Positions 38,376 to 47,675 of a stretch of DNA of 64,000 nt are shown here, one piece after another. Location: the NCBI GenBank assembly GCA_025358125.1, contig JANYKS010000008.1, positions 54,815-118,814 on the forward strand, in the 5' to 3' direction. The notes below the pieces were generated by a model. That model was not told the DNA's origin and ran no database searches. It saw only the letters and a program-made list of their open reading frames with translations. The translations under genes and the position numbers were made by a program. This stretch comes from Actinomycetes bacterium (GTDB lineage: Bacteria; Actinomycetota; Acidimicrobiia; Acidimicrobiales; Ilumatobacteraceae). Position 1 is the first letter of the stretch; every line of letters starts with the position of its first letter.

Positions 38376-39227
38376 TCAGTAGAGGCCGGCGAGCGGCCCG
38401 AGCGGCGTGATGTCGTCTGGCGCCAGGTTGGTGCGCCAGTCGGTCGGACACAGCTCTGGCGCAACTTCCGACAATGGTGTGAGTACGAAGTGGCGCTCGG
38501 TGTAGCGGGGGTGCGGGATCGTCAGTTCCGGGCTGTCGACGGTGATGTCGTCGAAGAACAGCAGGTCGACATCGAGCGTGCGTGGGCCCCAGTGAACGAC
38601 GCGCTGGCGCAGCGCGAGCGATTCGATCCGCTGGCATCGACGCAGCATCGCGAACGGGTCCAGCGACGTCTCGACGACAACCACCATGTTGAGGTATGCA
38701 CCCTGATCGTGCGGACCGCCCACTGGTGCCGTCTCGAACACCTGCGACTGGTCGATGATGCTGCTGTCGAGCTCGGCGACGGCAAGCTTGAGATACGCCA
38801 CCCGATCACCGAGGTTCGTCCCGAGCGCGACGATGACGCGGTGGGAGGTGCGTGGTGGGATCTGCAGATCGGCGCGCGTGCGTCGGATGCGCACGGCCGT
38901 CGTCTGGACATCTTCCGGGATCGATGGGCGCAGCTTGCGGACGACGACCTCGACCGCCTCGACGCGATCGAACTCGAGCGCATCTTCGGCGATGCGGTGC
39001 ACGAGCCGCTCGAGCAGTTCGTCCTTGGATTCACGCGCAATCGCAGCCGCCCGCTCGGCCACCAGTCCGTAGTGAGCGGTGTCGGCGAGATCGTCGCTCG
39101 AACCGGCATCTCGCAGATCTCCCTCGAGAACGATGTCGATCTCGAGTGGTTGCGGGGACTCGCGTTCGTGACGCAGCACACCGACGATTGTCATGACTCG
39201 AAGACCAGAAATCTCGATTCTGTCCAT
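38376..39227 (-). CDS. folB/folK: fused dihydroneopterin aldolase / 6-hydroxymethyl-dihydropterin pyrophosphokinase
   Basis: N-terminal MDRIEISGLRVMTIVGVLRHERESPQPLEIDIVL is FolB-like. The C-terminal part, VIVALGTNLGDR...GPRTLDVDLLFFDD...IPHPRYTERHFVLTPL, is FolK-like. Both lie in one uninterrupted frame. Confidence 0.8.
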   Translation of the reverse strand: MDRIEISGLRVMTIVGVLRHERESPQPLEIDIVLEGDLRDAGSSDDLADTAHYGLVAERAAAIARESKDELLERLVHRIAEDALEFDRVEAVEVVVRKLRPSIPEDVQTTAVRIRRTRADLQIPPRTSHRVIVALGTNLGDRVAYLKLAVAELDSSIIDQSQVFETAPVGGPHDQGAYLNMVVVVETSLDPFAMLRRCQRIESLALRQRVVHWGPRTLDVDLLFFDDITVDSPELTIPHPRYTERHFVLTPLSEVAPELCPTDWRTNLAPDDITPLGPLAGLY

Positions 39228-39413
39228 GCCGAGCAGTTTCCCTTCTGTGGGCCTGGAGGGTGACCGCCAGTACATGACTGCAACCACGCCGCCGTCCGAG
39301 GCATTCCGCGACACTTCGAACCTACCGCCGACACACGAGCCGGCACACATGCCGAGCCGCGGTTGACTGCACAGCCCGGGCATCCGCCATTGGCCGGCCG
39401 CGGGGCTCGGTGA

Positions 39414-40562
39414 TCAGACGAAGTGCTCCTGCAATGGAGCGAAGCCGTTGAATCCGACGGAGCTGTAGGTCGTTGTGTAGGCGCCGGCCGAGAGGATATC
39501 GACCATGTCGCCCTCGACGAGCGCGAGCGGTAACTCGTACGCACTCTTTTCGTACATCACGTCGGCGGAGTCGCATGTCGGACCGGCGATCGCGACGGGT
39601 CCGGTGAGGCCGCCGTCGTGGGGCGTGCGCAGGCGATATCTGATCGCCTCGTCCATCGTCTCGGCGAGGCCATGGAACTTGCCGCAGTCGAGGTACACCC
39701 AGCGCTCGCTGTCGAGCGGGGATCGTCGAGACACGAGAACGACCTCTGACCGCAAAACGCCGGCGTCGGCGACCATGTACCGACCCGGTTCGACCATCAC
39801 TTCGGCCAGCCCGCTCGGGAACCACTTTGCCAACGCGTCGCGCACAGCGCGGCCGTATGAGTCAATCGGCGGTGTGTGCTCGCGGTAGGTGCCGGGGAAG
39901 CCGCCCCCGAGGTTGACGAAAGTGGGGGTGGCGCCGCGGTTGCGGGCACGTTCCATCGAGTGGGCGACGACTTGCAGCGAATCGTCCCACGCGTCGACGT
40001 CGCGTTGTTGCGAGCCGACGTGGAACGAGACGCCGGACCCCATCCCGGCCTGGGTCGCGAGCACGAGCAGATTCTCGACCTCGGATGCATCGCAGCCGAA
40101 CTTGCGCGAGAGCGGCCAATCGGCGCCGCCACACTCGTGGCGGAGTCGCACGCACACCGAGGCGCCCGGGGCTACGTCGGCGACCTTGGCGAGTTCGGGC
40201 TCGCTGTCGACGGTGTAGCGGGTCACGCCGCAGGACGCCGCATAGGCGATGTCGCGCCGCTTCTTGATCGTGTTGCCGTACGAGATCTTGGCGGGAACGG
40301 CGCCAGCCTCGAGGCACCGGTCGATCTCGGCCGGACTGGCGACGTCGAAGGCCGAACCGAGACGAACGAGGCGTTCGATGATCGGCAGCGCCGGGTTGGC
40401 TTTAACGGCGTAGTAGACATCGGCCGCCGGGATGGCCTTGACGAGTTCGTGGTAGCGCTGCTCGACGAGGTCGACATCAACGACAACGAACGGCGTTGGA
40501 GCATTGGTCCCGCGCAGGAACGCATCGATCTTCGACAAGGCGTTGGAGGAGTGGTTGGTCAC
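39414..40562 (-). CDS. type III PLP-dependent decarboxylase (ornithine/lysine/DAP decarboxylase fold)
   Basis: PLP-lysine context YAVKANP, plus GGGFPGTY and GPTCDSAD; 382 aa. Confidence 0.85.
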   Translation of the reverse strand: MTNHSSNALSKIDAFLRGTNAPTPFVVVDVDLVEQRYHELVKAIPAADVYYAVKANPALPIIERLVRLGSAFDVASPAEIDRCLEAGAVPAKISYGNTIKKRRDIAYAASCGVTRYTVDSEPELAKVADVAPGASVCVRLRHECGGADWPLSRKFGCDASEVENLLVLATQAGMGSGVSFHVGSQQRDVDAWDDSLQVVAHSMERARNRGATPTFVNLGGGFPGTYREHTPPIDSYGRAVRDALAKWFPSGLAEVMVEPGRYMVADAGVLRSEVVLVSRRSPLDSERWVYLDCGKFHGLAETMDEAIRYRLRTPHDGGLTGPVAIAGPTCDSADVMYEKSAYELPLALVEGDMVDILSAGAYTTTYSSVGFNGFAPLQEHFV

Positions 40563-40724
40563 AGGTGCGACACCATACGGACATCTGCCGGTGAATGCGA
40601 CTGGTCGATCGGACAGTCAGTGACGGCTGTTTGGTCAATCAACCCGGCTGACTTCTCAGTTGAAAATTCGATCGATCGCCAGTAGCCGTGACGGGCGGTG
40701 CGATGGCGATCTGATCTGAACTGA

Positions 40725-41387
40725 TCAGTCGGGGAGCCGCCAGTCGATCGTCTGGCGGCTTCTCGTTGTCAGGGCGTCGTTGGCGCGGCTGAACGGCTTG
40801 CTCCCGGAGAAGCCATTGTGGGCAGACAACGGTGACGGGTGCGAGGATTCGATCACGACATGGCGCTCGGTGTCGATGAATGCCCGCTTCTTGCGGGCGT
40901 AGCCGCCCCACAGGATGAACACGACCGGTTCCGGTTTGTCGTTGACGACGCGGATGACCTGATCGGTGAAGGTTTCCCAGCCCTTTCCCTGATGGCTGCC
41001 CGCCTGCCCGGCGCGCACCGTGAGCGTCGCGTTGAGCAACAGCACACCCTGCGTAGCCCAGTGCTCGAGATTGCCGTGTCGCGGTGCTGGGATACCAAGG
41101 TCGCTCGTCAACTCCTTGTGGATGTTGGCGAGCGAGGGAGGGATCTGCACGCCTCTTCGCACCGAGAAACAGAGGCCGTGGGCTTGGTTCGCACCGTGAT
41201 ACGGATCCTGTCCGAGGATCATGACGCGGGTATTCGTGTACGAGGTGAGGTGGATCGCCGCGAAGACGTCGGGATCCGGCGGGTAGACCGTGTATCGGCT
41301 TCGTTCGACGCGAACGAAATCCTGCAGCGCGGCCCAGTAGGGCTTGTCGAATTCGCCCCGTAGCAGGGGGTTCCAATCGGTCGTCAT
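40725..41387 (-). CDS. ung: uracil-DNA glycosylase (family 1)
   Basis: ILGQDPYHG water-activating loop, GVLLLNATLTV, and HPSPLSA. Start ATG 41387 (MTTDWNPLL). Confidence 0.9.
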   Translation of the reverse strand: MTTDWNPLLRGEFDKPYWAALQDFVRVERSRYTVYPPDPDVFAAIHLTSYTNTRVMILGQDPYHGANQAHGLCFSVRRGVQIPPSLANIHKELTSDLGIPAPRHGNLEHWATQGVLLLNATLTVRAGQAGSHQGKGWETFTDQVIRVVNDKPEPVVFILWGGYARKKRAFIDTERHVVIESSHPSPLSAHNGFSGSKPFSRANDALTTRSRQTIDWRLPD

Positions 41388-41457
41388 CGGTGCCAGTGAT
41401 AGCACGCGAAAGGACCCGGCGGTGACGCCGGGTCCTTTCGGCTCGGGCTGTCGACGA

Positions 41458-42054
41458 TCAGTCGTCGTTGCCCTCGTTGCCGCCGTGATTGTCGCCGTCG
41501 TGATTGTCGCCACCGTGCTTGTCGTTGCCACGTGAGCCGCTGGTGCTCGAACCGTTGCCCGAACCGTGGTGATCGCCGCTGTCGGGTGTGTCGCCGGGAC
41601 CGACGTTGTCGGTGTTGTCGTCGTTCACATCGCCTTGGTCGGTGCCGTCAACTTCGCTGTTGTCGATCGTGTCGTCATCGACACCGTTGTGCTCGTCGAT
41701 GCTGCTCGAGCTGGAGGCAGTCGTCGGCGAAGCGCTGCTCGATGTCGAGTTGTCGACCGCGCCGTTGTCGTTCTCGCCGACTCTGTCCGGCGTCTCCGTA
41801 CCGGCGGTCGCGGCCCCAGCGGCGACGTTCGTCGTGCCCCCGGTGGCGACTGTCGTGCTCGATGGGATGGCGACTGTCGTGCTCGATGGGATGGTGACGG
41901 TCGTGCTTGATGGGATGGTGACGGCTGGAAGTCGGGCAGGCGAGCGATGATCGGAGCTGGCTGCGGACACGAGGCCGGCGGCGCCGAGCACAGCGGCCGC
42001 CGTGACGGCGATACCAATCGTCAGCCGCCGGTGTGTCTTTGCTGAGTATTTCAT
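41458..42054 (-). CDS. secreted acidic low-complexity protein with His/Asp/Gly-rich C-terminus
   Basis: ATG 42054 is preceded by GAGGAGAGG. Signal peptide ...AAVLGAAGLVSA. TIPSSTTV repeats x3. C-terminus GDHHGSGNG...NDKHGGDNHDGDNHGGNEGNDD. Confidence 0.6.
   Translation of the reverse strand: MKYSAKTHRRLTIGIAVTAAAVLGAAGLVSAASSDHRSPARLPAVTIPSSTTVTIPSSTTVAIPSSTTVATGGTTNVAAGAATAGTETPDRVGENDNGAVDNSTSSSASPTTASSSSSIDEHNGVDDDTIDNSEVDGTDQGDVNDDNTDNVGPGDTPDSGDHHGSGNGSSTSGSRGNDKHGGDNHDGDNHGGNEGNDD
41848..41919. repeat. 24-bp tandem repeat x3
   Basis: Three units: gactgtcgtgctcgatgggatggc, gactgtcgtgctcgatgggatggt, gacggtcgtgcttgatgggatggt. On the minus strand they encode TIPSSTTV x3. Confidence 0.85.
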
Positions 42055-42166
42055 GGGCCCTCTCCTCGGGGTTCGATGGACATCGATGACACGTTGCGGC
42101 GTCGTGAGAGGTTTGGCCGTCTTCAGAAAGCGATGTTCAGACCTCTTGCGCGATGTGAGCGGTGGT

Positions 42167-43060
42167 TCAGCCGCTGTGACCGCTACCGTCTCCGGGGCTT
42201 TGATCCGAACGGCCCGAACCGGTGTACGAAGTGGTGGGATCGGGGCGGTCGCCGGCAACGGTGGAGCCGGTGTCGCTGGACGCTCCGCCGTTCTCGTTGA
42301 CGGCATGGCTGAGGTGACCATCGCTGATGGTGACGTCGATGCTTGATTCGTGGGAATCGATGACGAACTTCACTCGAATGCGTGATGGCTCGTTCTTGTC
42401 CAACTCCAGTTGGTACCCGGCGTTGGCCTTGGTGCCGAGCAAGCTGAGCTGGTTGTCCTGCAGCCGAACGGTGATACTGCCGCCCTGGGACACGAAGGTC
42501 CGTACCTCGGTCGTTGAAACGGGTGTTGAGCTGCTCGGTGTGAAATCTGGTGCCGACGATGAGGGCGGTGAGGAGGAGGCGGTGCCCGTGCCCTTGGAGC
42601 CGGTGCCCTTCGAGCCGGTGCCCTTCGAGCCGGTGCCCTGGTTGCTCGACGACGTATTGCTCGACGGCGTGTCGCTCGGTGTCGGACTGATTGGCTCCAC
42701 TGCGCTGGTCGGCGGCGTCGTGGTTGCGGTCGTCTCGATCGTTTCCGTCGGCGCGGGCTCGGAGGACTCGGTGGTGGTGGGTTCCGGGCGTTGAACTCCG
42801 GTCGTCTCGGAGATCGCCTGATTTTGCTCGACACCGCTGTCGGCCGGGCTCAGCCTGTGCGAGTCGTTGCTGGTCACGGCGAACGCGCCGACGGCGAACA
42901 GGCAGGCGGCGCCGAGGCCGCCGAACACCGCCGCGGCGCGACGGCGCTTGGCAACGCGGACTTTTTGCAGAACGGTTGCGTACGCGATCTCGTCGTCGGC
43001 GTAATGCCCGCCGAGACGTTGCAGTTGATCGCGGAAACCGGGATCGTCGAATTCACTCAT
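42167..43060 (-). CDS. putative anti-sigma factor (single-pass membrane protein)
   Basis: The start overlaps the ECF sigma stop by 8 nt. Short cytoplasmic N-terminus, TM helix AAVFGGLGAACLFAVGAFAV, and an extracytoplasmic Ser/Thr/Pro-rich region with GTGSK x3. No ZAS motif. Confidence 0.55.
   Translation of the reverse strand: MSEFDDPGFRDQLQRLGGHYADDEIAYATVLQKVRVAKRRRAAAVFGGLGAACLFAVGAFAVTSNDSHRLSPADSGVEQNQAISETTGVQRPEPTTTESSEPAPTETIETTATTTPPTSAVEPISPTPSDTPSSNTSSSNQGTGSKGTGSKGTGSKGTGTASSSPPSSSAPDFTPSSSTPVSTTEVRTFVSQGGSITVRLQDNQLSLLGTKANAGYQLELDKNEPSRIRVKFVIDSHESSIDVTISDGHLSHAVNENGGASSDTGSTVAGDRPDPTTSYTGSGRSDQSPGDGSGHSG
42591..42640. repeat. 15-bp tandem repeat x3.3
   Basis: Units cccttggagccggtg, cccttcgagccggtg, cccttcgagccggtg, then ccctg. 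On the minus strand they encode GTGSKGTGSKGTGSK. Confidence 0.85.
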
Positions 43061-43547
43061 GGTCTGTCTCCTCAGCCTGAGCCCGCAATGATTTGCGTCC
43101 CTGGTGCAGATGGAATTTCACGGTGCCCTCAGAGATATGAAGGGTGGTGGCGATGTCGGCGATGGGTAGACCATCGACGTAGTAGAGGGCAAGCGACAGG
43201 CGTTGTTGGCGTGGAAGGTTGGCGAGCAGGTCGGCCGCACCATCGGTTTGTGGGGCAGGGGACTCAGCTGGCGGCTGACTCACCAATCGCTCCAGTGCTC
43301 GTCGTTTGCGGACATCGCTGCGATGGTCGTCGCGCAACTGGTTGATCGCGACGCGCCTGATCCAACCGACCGGATCGTCGTAGTGCATGATGCTCCGCCA
43401 GCGCATGTGGGCCTTAATGAACGCCTGCTGGACAGCGTCGGCAGCCCGCTGCTCGTCGCCGCATGCAACCGTGAGCGCGCGAACGAGACGCCCGTGGTGG
43501 GCGCGAAACAGCGATTCGAGATCCTCGACCACGCGAACATCATCCAT
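43053..43547 (-). CDS. ECF-type RNA polymerase sigma-70 family factor
   Basis: 164 aa from ATG 43547. Region 2 (AVQQAFIKAHMRW...WIRRVAINQLRD) and region 4 (RLSLALYYVDGLPIADIATTLHISEGTVKFHLHQGR). Confidence 0.85.
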   Translation of the reverse strand: MDDVRVVEDLESLFRAHHGRLVRALTVACGDEQRAADAVQQAFIKAHMRWRSIMHYDDPVGWIRRVAINQLRDDHRSDVRKRRALERLVSQPPAESPAPQTDGAADLLANLPRQQRLSLALYYVDGLPIADIATTLHISEGTVKFHLHQGRKSLRAQAEETDHE

Positions 43548-43625
43548 AAGGGCAATCAGCACCAAAGATGACACGCCACGGGGGCGCGATCGGTTTGGTT
43601 GACAGCCAACGTACAGTTCAACCCA

Positions 43626-44630
43626 ATGCCATTGCGTCGTTTGGCGTCCCTTCCCCGGTCCGTGCTGGCCACGCTTCCCACGCCGTTGGAGCGCGGGCCC
43701 GAACTCGGACACGGTCCTCGGCTGTGGATGAAGCGCGATGACCTGACCGGGCTTGGCGTTGGCGGCAACAAGGCGCGAAAGCTCGAGTTCCTGTGCGGCG
43801 AAGCGCTTGCACTCGGAGCCGACTGCCTGATCACGGTCGGTGCCGGCCAGTCGAATCACTGCCGGATGACGGCTGCCGCCGGTGCCCGACTCGGCCTCGA
43901 GACCCATCTCGTGCTGTCCGGCGACAAGCCGGATGTCCTCGTCGGCAATCAACTCCTGGCCAACCTCTTCGGAGCTCACCTGCACTTCACCGGCGTTTCA
44001 CCCTCGCACTGGGGCGCGCTCGAGATCGCCCGCGAAACGCTGACCGAGGAACTGGCTGCCGACGGCTTGCGGCCCCACTCGATTCCGATCGGTGGCAGCA
44101 CCCCGGTCGGCGCACTCGGATACGTCACGGCAATGATCGAGCTCTCCCAACAGTGCGAGGCTGCCGAGATCTCGCCCTCCGCGATCGTGTTCACCTCGTC
44201 GAGCGGTGGAACCCATGCCGGTCTCGTCGCCGGCAAGGCTCTGCTCCGCTCGATCGGGCGCACGGTGCCTGACATCTTGGCCATCGGCGTTGCCAAGGGT
44301 GTCGTGATGGGCATGCCCGACATCGCCGGCCTTGCGGCCGAGACACTCGCGCTGCTCGACAGCACCGGTGTCGTCGATGACGACATCGAGATCGACGCGC
44401 GCTGGCTCGGTGACGACTACGCCGAGCCCACCCGGGCCGGTGACGAGGCCATCGCATGGGCAGCACGGCGCGGTGGTTGGGTGCTCGACCGCACGTACTC
44501 CGGCAAGGGTTTTGCCGGTTTTCTCGGCAACGCCGCGCAAGGCCGGTGGGGCGCTGACGAAGATGTGATCTTCATTCACACGGGTGGCCTCCCGGCGGTC
44601 TTCGCGCCGGGAGGTCTCCCGGCCCCGTAG
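43626..44630 (+). CDS. D-cysteine desulfhydrase / ACC deaminase family PLP enzyme
   Basis: LPTPLE...WMKRDDLTGLGVGGNKARKLEFL with the PLP-lysine context. ATG 43626 preferred over the upstream TTG 43599. Confidence 0.85.
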   Translation: MPLRRLASLPRSVLATLPTPLERGPELGHGPRLWMKRDDLTGLGVGGNKARKLEFLCGEALALGADCLITVGAGQSNHCRMTAAAGARLGLETHLVLSGDKPDVLVGNQLLANLFGAHLHFTGVSPSHWGALEIARETLTEELAADGLRPHSIPIGGSTPVGALGYVTAMIELSQQCEAAEISPSAIVFTSSSGGTHAGLVAGKALLRSIGRTVPDILAIGVAKGVVMGMPDIAGLAAETLALLDSTGVVDDDIEIDARWLGDDYAEPTRAGDEAIAWAARRGGWVLDRTYSGKGFAGFLGNAAQGRWGADEDVIFIHTGGLPAVFAPGGLPAP

Positions 44631-44661
44631 CAGCCCGCGACCGGGATACCCTTCGCGCCTG

Positions 44662-45561
44662 ATGGACGTTGTACTTGCCATAGATATCGGCGGCACCAAG
44701 ATGGCTGTCGGACTGATGAAGATGACCGGCGAACTCATCGACCTCGAGCGCGAGCCGGTCAATCACGACCTCGACGGCGAAGGTGTCTTCGGCCAGCTCG
44801 AGACGATGGTGGTCTCCCAACTCGAACGAGCCGTCGAGCACCACGAGGTGCGCCCCGTGGTGGTTGGCGTCGGCTGTGCCGGGCCGCTGACCGAGAACTG
44901 CGAGACGGTGTCACCGCTGAACATCCGTGCCTGGCGCAACTTCCCACTCCGCGAGCGCCTGCAGCAGGTCACCAAGCTCGGCGTCTATGGCGATCTCGAT
45001 GCCAAGGCGCTTGCATTGGCAGAGGGATGGATCGGCGCAGCGCAAGGTCGGAGCAACTTCATGGCGATGGTCGTGTCCACGGGTGTCGGTGGCGGCATCG
45101 TGCTCGACGGGCAGTTGCTCGATGGCGCAACCGGCAACGCCGGTCATATCGGCCATGTGATCGTTGAGCCGAACGGCCGCCGCTGCGCGTGCGGGTCACG
45201 CGGCTGTCTCGAGGCCGAGGCGTCCGGCACCGCGATCGAGGCGATCACGGGTCGCCCCCCGACCGAACCGACCTACGACATCATGGTCCGTACCGGCCGT
45301 CTCGTCGGCCGCGGCGCCGCTTCGGTGTGCAACGCGCTCGACCTCGACTTCGTCGTCGTCGGCGGTTCGGTAGCGCTGGGATTCGGTGCGACGTTCTTCA
45401 ATGCGGCGCAGGACAGCCTGTCCGAGCACTGCCGGCTGAGCTTTGTGCGCGGGGTGCGGATCACGCCGGCCCGTCTCGGCGACAGAGGCCCGCTGATTGG
45501 CGCCGGAGCGATCGGACTGCGCGGGCGGCACCGCCGAAGCCGAGTTCGCGCGGGCTCCTGA
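44662..45561 (+). CDS. ROK family sugar kinase/regulator-type protein
   Basis: LAIDIGGTKMAVGL ATP-binding start, and the ROK zinc motif GHIGHVIVEPNGRRCACGSRGCLE. Confidence 0.85.
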   Translation: MDVVLAIDIGGTKMAVGLMKMTGELIDLEREPVNHDLDGEGVFGQLETMVVSQLERAVEHHEVRPVVVGVGCAGPLTENCETVSPLNIRAWRNFPLRERLQQVTKLGVYGDLDAKALALAEGWIGAAQGRSNFMAMVVSTGVGGGIVLDGQLLDGATGNAGHIGHVIVEPNGRRCACGSRGCLEAEASGTAIEAITGRPPTEPTYDIMVRTGRLVGRGAASVCNALDLDFVVVGGSVALGFGATFFNAAQDSLSEHCRLSFVRGVRITPARLGDRGPLIGAGAIGLRGRHRRSRVRAGS

Positions 45562-45607
45562 CCTGACCATAGGCTGACCGCATCACCCATCTGCGACAGG
45601 ATCACCT

Positions 45608-46504
45608 GTGACAAAGATTCGCGAAACAGCAGATTCCTCGATGATCCAAGATCGTCGCGGTGCGAGCGGCGGTGGTCTCGGCGGGATGCTGGGTCGTGGA
45701 GGCGGGGGTGGCATTCCGTTGCCCGGCAAGCTCGGCGGAGGTCTCGTCGGCATCATCATCACCCTGGCCGTGGTCCTGCTCCCGAGGTTGCTGGGCGGCA
45801 CGAGCACGAATTCGGCGCTCAGCACGGGAACCGGCGTTTCGCCGGCCAGCCCGACAACGGGCTCGTGCCGAGGGGAACTCGAGAGCATCATCTGCGGAGC
45901 GACTCAGGACGTGCAGAACTTCTGGAAGCGCGAGTTCGCGGTGAAAGGCTTGCAGTTCGAGGTCACCCAGACCGTGTTCTTCACCCGCTCGACCGAAACC
46001 GGTTGCGGCACCGCATCCTCCCAGACCGGCCCGTTCTACTGCCCCAACGATCACCTCGTCTACTTCGACCTCGACTTCCTCGCCCAACTGCAACAGCGGT
46101 TCAGTGCCCAGGGCGATCTCGCCGCTGCGTACATCGTCGCCCACGAATACGGTCATCATGTCCAGAATCTGCTCGGGATCAACGCCAAGGTCCAACAGGC
46201 ACAACAGCAAGATCCCAGCAGCGCCAACAAGGTGTCGGTGGCGCTCGAACTGCAGGCCGACTGCTTTGCCGGTGTGTGGGCGAATGACGCGAGGAGCCGC
46301 AATCAGTTCGAGAACGACGCCGAGATCAATGAAGCGTTGAATGCCGCAGCGGCAGTCGGAGACGATCGGATCGAACGAAAGACTCAAGGGCGAGTGGACC
46401 CCGAGACCTTCACCCACGGCACGTCGGCGCAGCGGACGTCGTGGTTCCGGAAGGGTTTCACCACCGGCGACCGGGATCAGTGCAATACGTTTGCGGAGCT
46501 GTAG
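45608..46504 (+). CDS. neutral zinc metallopeptidase (YpfJ family)
   Basis: N-terminus ...QDRRGASGGG, a TM helix, TGCGTASSQTGPFYCPND, and the HExxH site in AHEYGHHVQN. GTG start at 45608. Confidence 0.8.
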   Translation: MTKIRETADSSMIQDRRGASGGGLGGMLGRGGGGGIPLPGKLGGGLVGIIITLAVVLLPRLLGGTSTNSALSTGTGVSPASPTTGSCRGELESIICGATQDVQNFWKREFAVKGLQFEVTQTVFFTRSTETGCGTASSQTGPFYCPNDHLVYFDLDFLAQLQQRFSAQGDLAAAYIVAHEYGHHVQNLLGINAKVQQAQQQDPSSANKVSVALELQADCFAGVWANDARSRNQFENDAEINEALNAAAAVGDDRIERKTQGRVDPETFTHGTSAQRTSWFRKGFTTGDRDQCNTFAEL

Positions 46505-46514
46505 ATCACTGCGG

Positions 46515-47675
46515 CTATCCCCCGAAGTTGCGGTACAGGCGCTCCAATGGGCCGACGCCCGCGACGCGGTGCCACAAGCCGCCGAGCATGATGGCGAACA
46601 CCCAGAACGCGGCGCTCAAGACCAGGGCCGTGTCCAACCCGGTCGGGCGTACGAGATGCCACCAGTGCACGACCGCGTTGAACACGAGAATGTGGCAGAC
46701 GTACAGAGTCAGGGTCATCTGCCCGGCGTGGCGAAGCAGCTGCGTCGCGCCCGCGTGCGCAAACCGATCGGCGAGCCAGGCGAGCGCGCAGAACGACACG
46801 AGAGACGACCCGAGCGTGCCGATCGTGTAGAGCAGCCCCCGGTCGAATGGTCCGGTCGAGAGCAGTATCCGCCACCGTCGCGCCGAGTGATCGTTACTGA
46901 CGAAGTTGTCGGTTGCCCAACGCAGTCCGATGTAGTTGACGAGATACGTGACCGCGAACATCGACAGGCCGCAGAAGATGATGCGCGCGCGTCGTTGCTT
47001 CGAAAGCGGCAGGAACCGGCCGATCGCGATGCCAGCGCACAAGAACGCGAGCCACGGCAGCAGCGGGTGGGTGTAGCCGACGAACGTGCGCAGGACAAGA
47101 TTGCGGGGCGATGTCACGGCCGGTTCCAGCCACGATGTGTCGTGGCCCTTCAGTTCCTGGGCGATGCGGAACCACGCGATGCCGGCGCCTGCGAGCGCCG
47201 CACACGTGCCGAGCAGCGCGATCCAGCGCAGTCGGAGCGTGAACAGCAACGCGGCGACCATGAAGAACGCGCCGTAGTACACCAAGATGGTTCCGTTCCA
47301 GATCCATTCGATCAGCAGTCCAGATGAGTAGAGCAGCAGGCCGCGCCGGGCGAGTCGCCAGCGGTCCGAGCGGATGGCCGCGATGTCGCCCGACAACCTC
47401 GAGCGGTTCGTCATCAGGGTCACGCCCATGCCGGCGACGAGCACGAAGACGCTCGCGAAGCGGGTGCTCAGCGGGCCGTCGAGCGGATCGAAGACCCGTT
47501 CCGCGTACGAGCGTTTCGGGCTGTGACGTCTACCGTTCAGGTAGCCGTGGTAGTTCAGGGTGACGACGCCGATCAGCGCGACGGCACGGGCCACGTCCAG
47601 CCCCGGCAGGCGCGGCGCGCCGGTTCGGTTCGTCTCGCCCGAGGGGGCCGAGGCGGCACAGGTCACGTCATTCAT
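46515..47675 (-). CDS. DUF418/DUF1624-type (acyltransferase-3-like) polytopic membrane protein
   Basis: RLPGLDVARAVALIGVV N-terminus and about 10 hydrophobic segments. The start overlaps the stop of the upstream gene by 8 nt. Confidence 0.6.
   Translation of the reverse strand: MNDVTCAASAPSGETNRTGAPRLPGLDVARAVALIGVVTLNYHGYLNGRRHSPKRSYAERVFDPLDGPLSTRFASVFVLVAGMGVTLMTNRSRLSGDIAAIRSDRWRLARRGLLLYSSGLLIEWIWNGTILVYYGAFFMVAALLFTLRLRWIALLGTCAALAGAGIAWFRIAQELKGHDTSWLEPAVTSPRNLVLRTFVGYTHPLLPWLAFLCAGIAIGRFLPLSKQRRARIIFCGLSMFAVTYLVNYIGLRWATDNFVSNDHSARRWRILLSTGPFDRGLLYTIGTLGSSLVSFCALAWLADRFAHAGATQLLRHAGQMTLTLYVCHILVFNAVVHWWHLVRPTGLDTALVLSAAFWVFAIMLGGLWHRVAGVGPLERLYRNFGG

Noticed and set aside
37116-39263. 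715-aa plus-strand ORF
   Set aside because: It runs out of frame or antisense through the gpgS, folP and folB-folK genes. Its composition is Arg/Ala-rich with no motifs, whereas the overlapped genes have clear family signatures.
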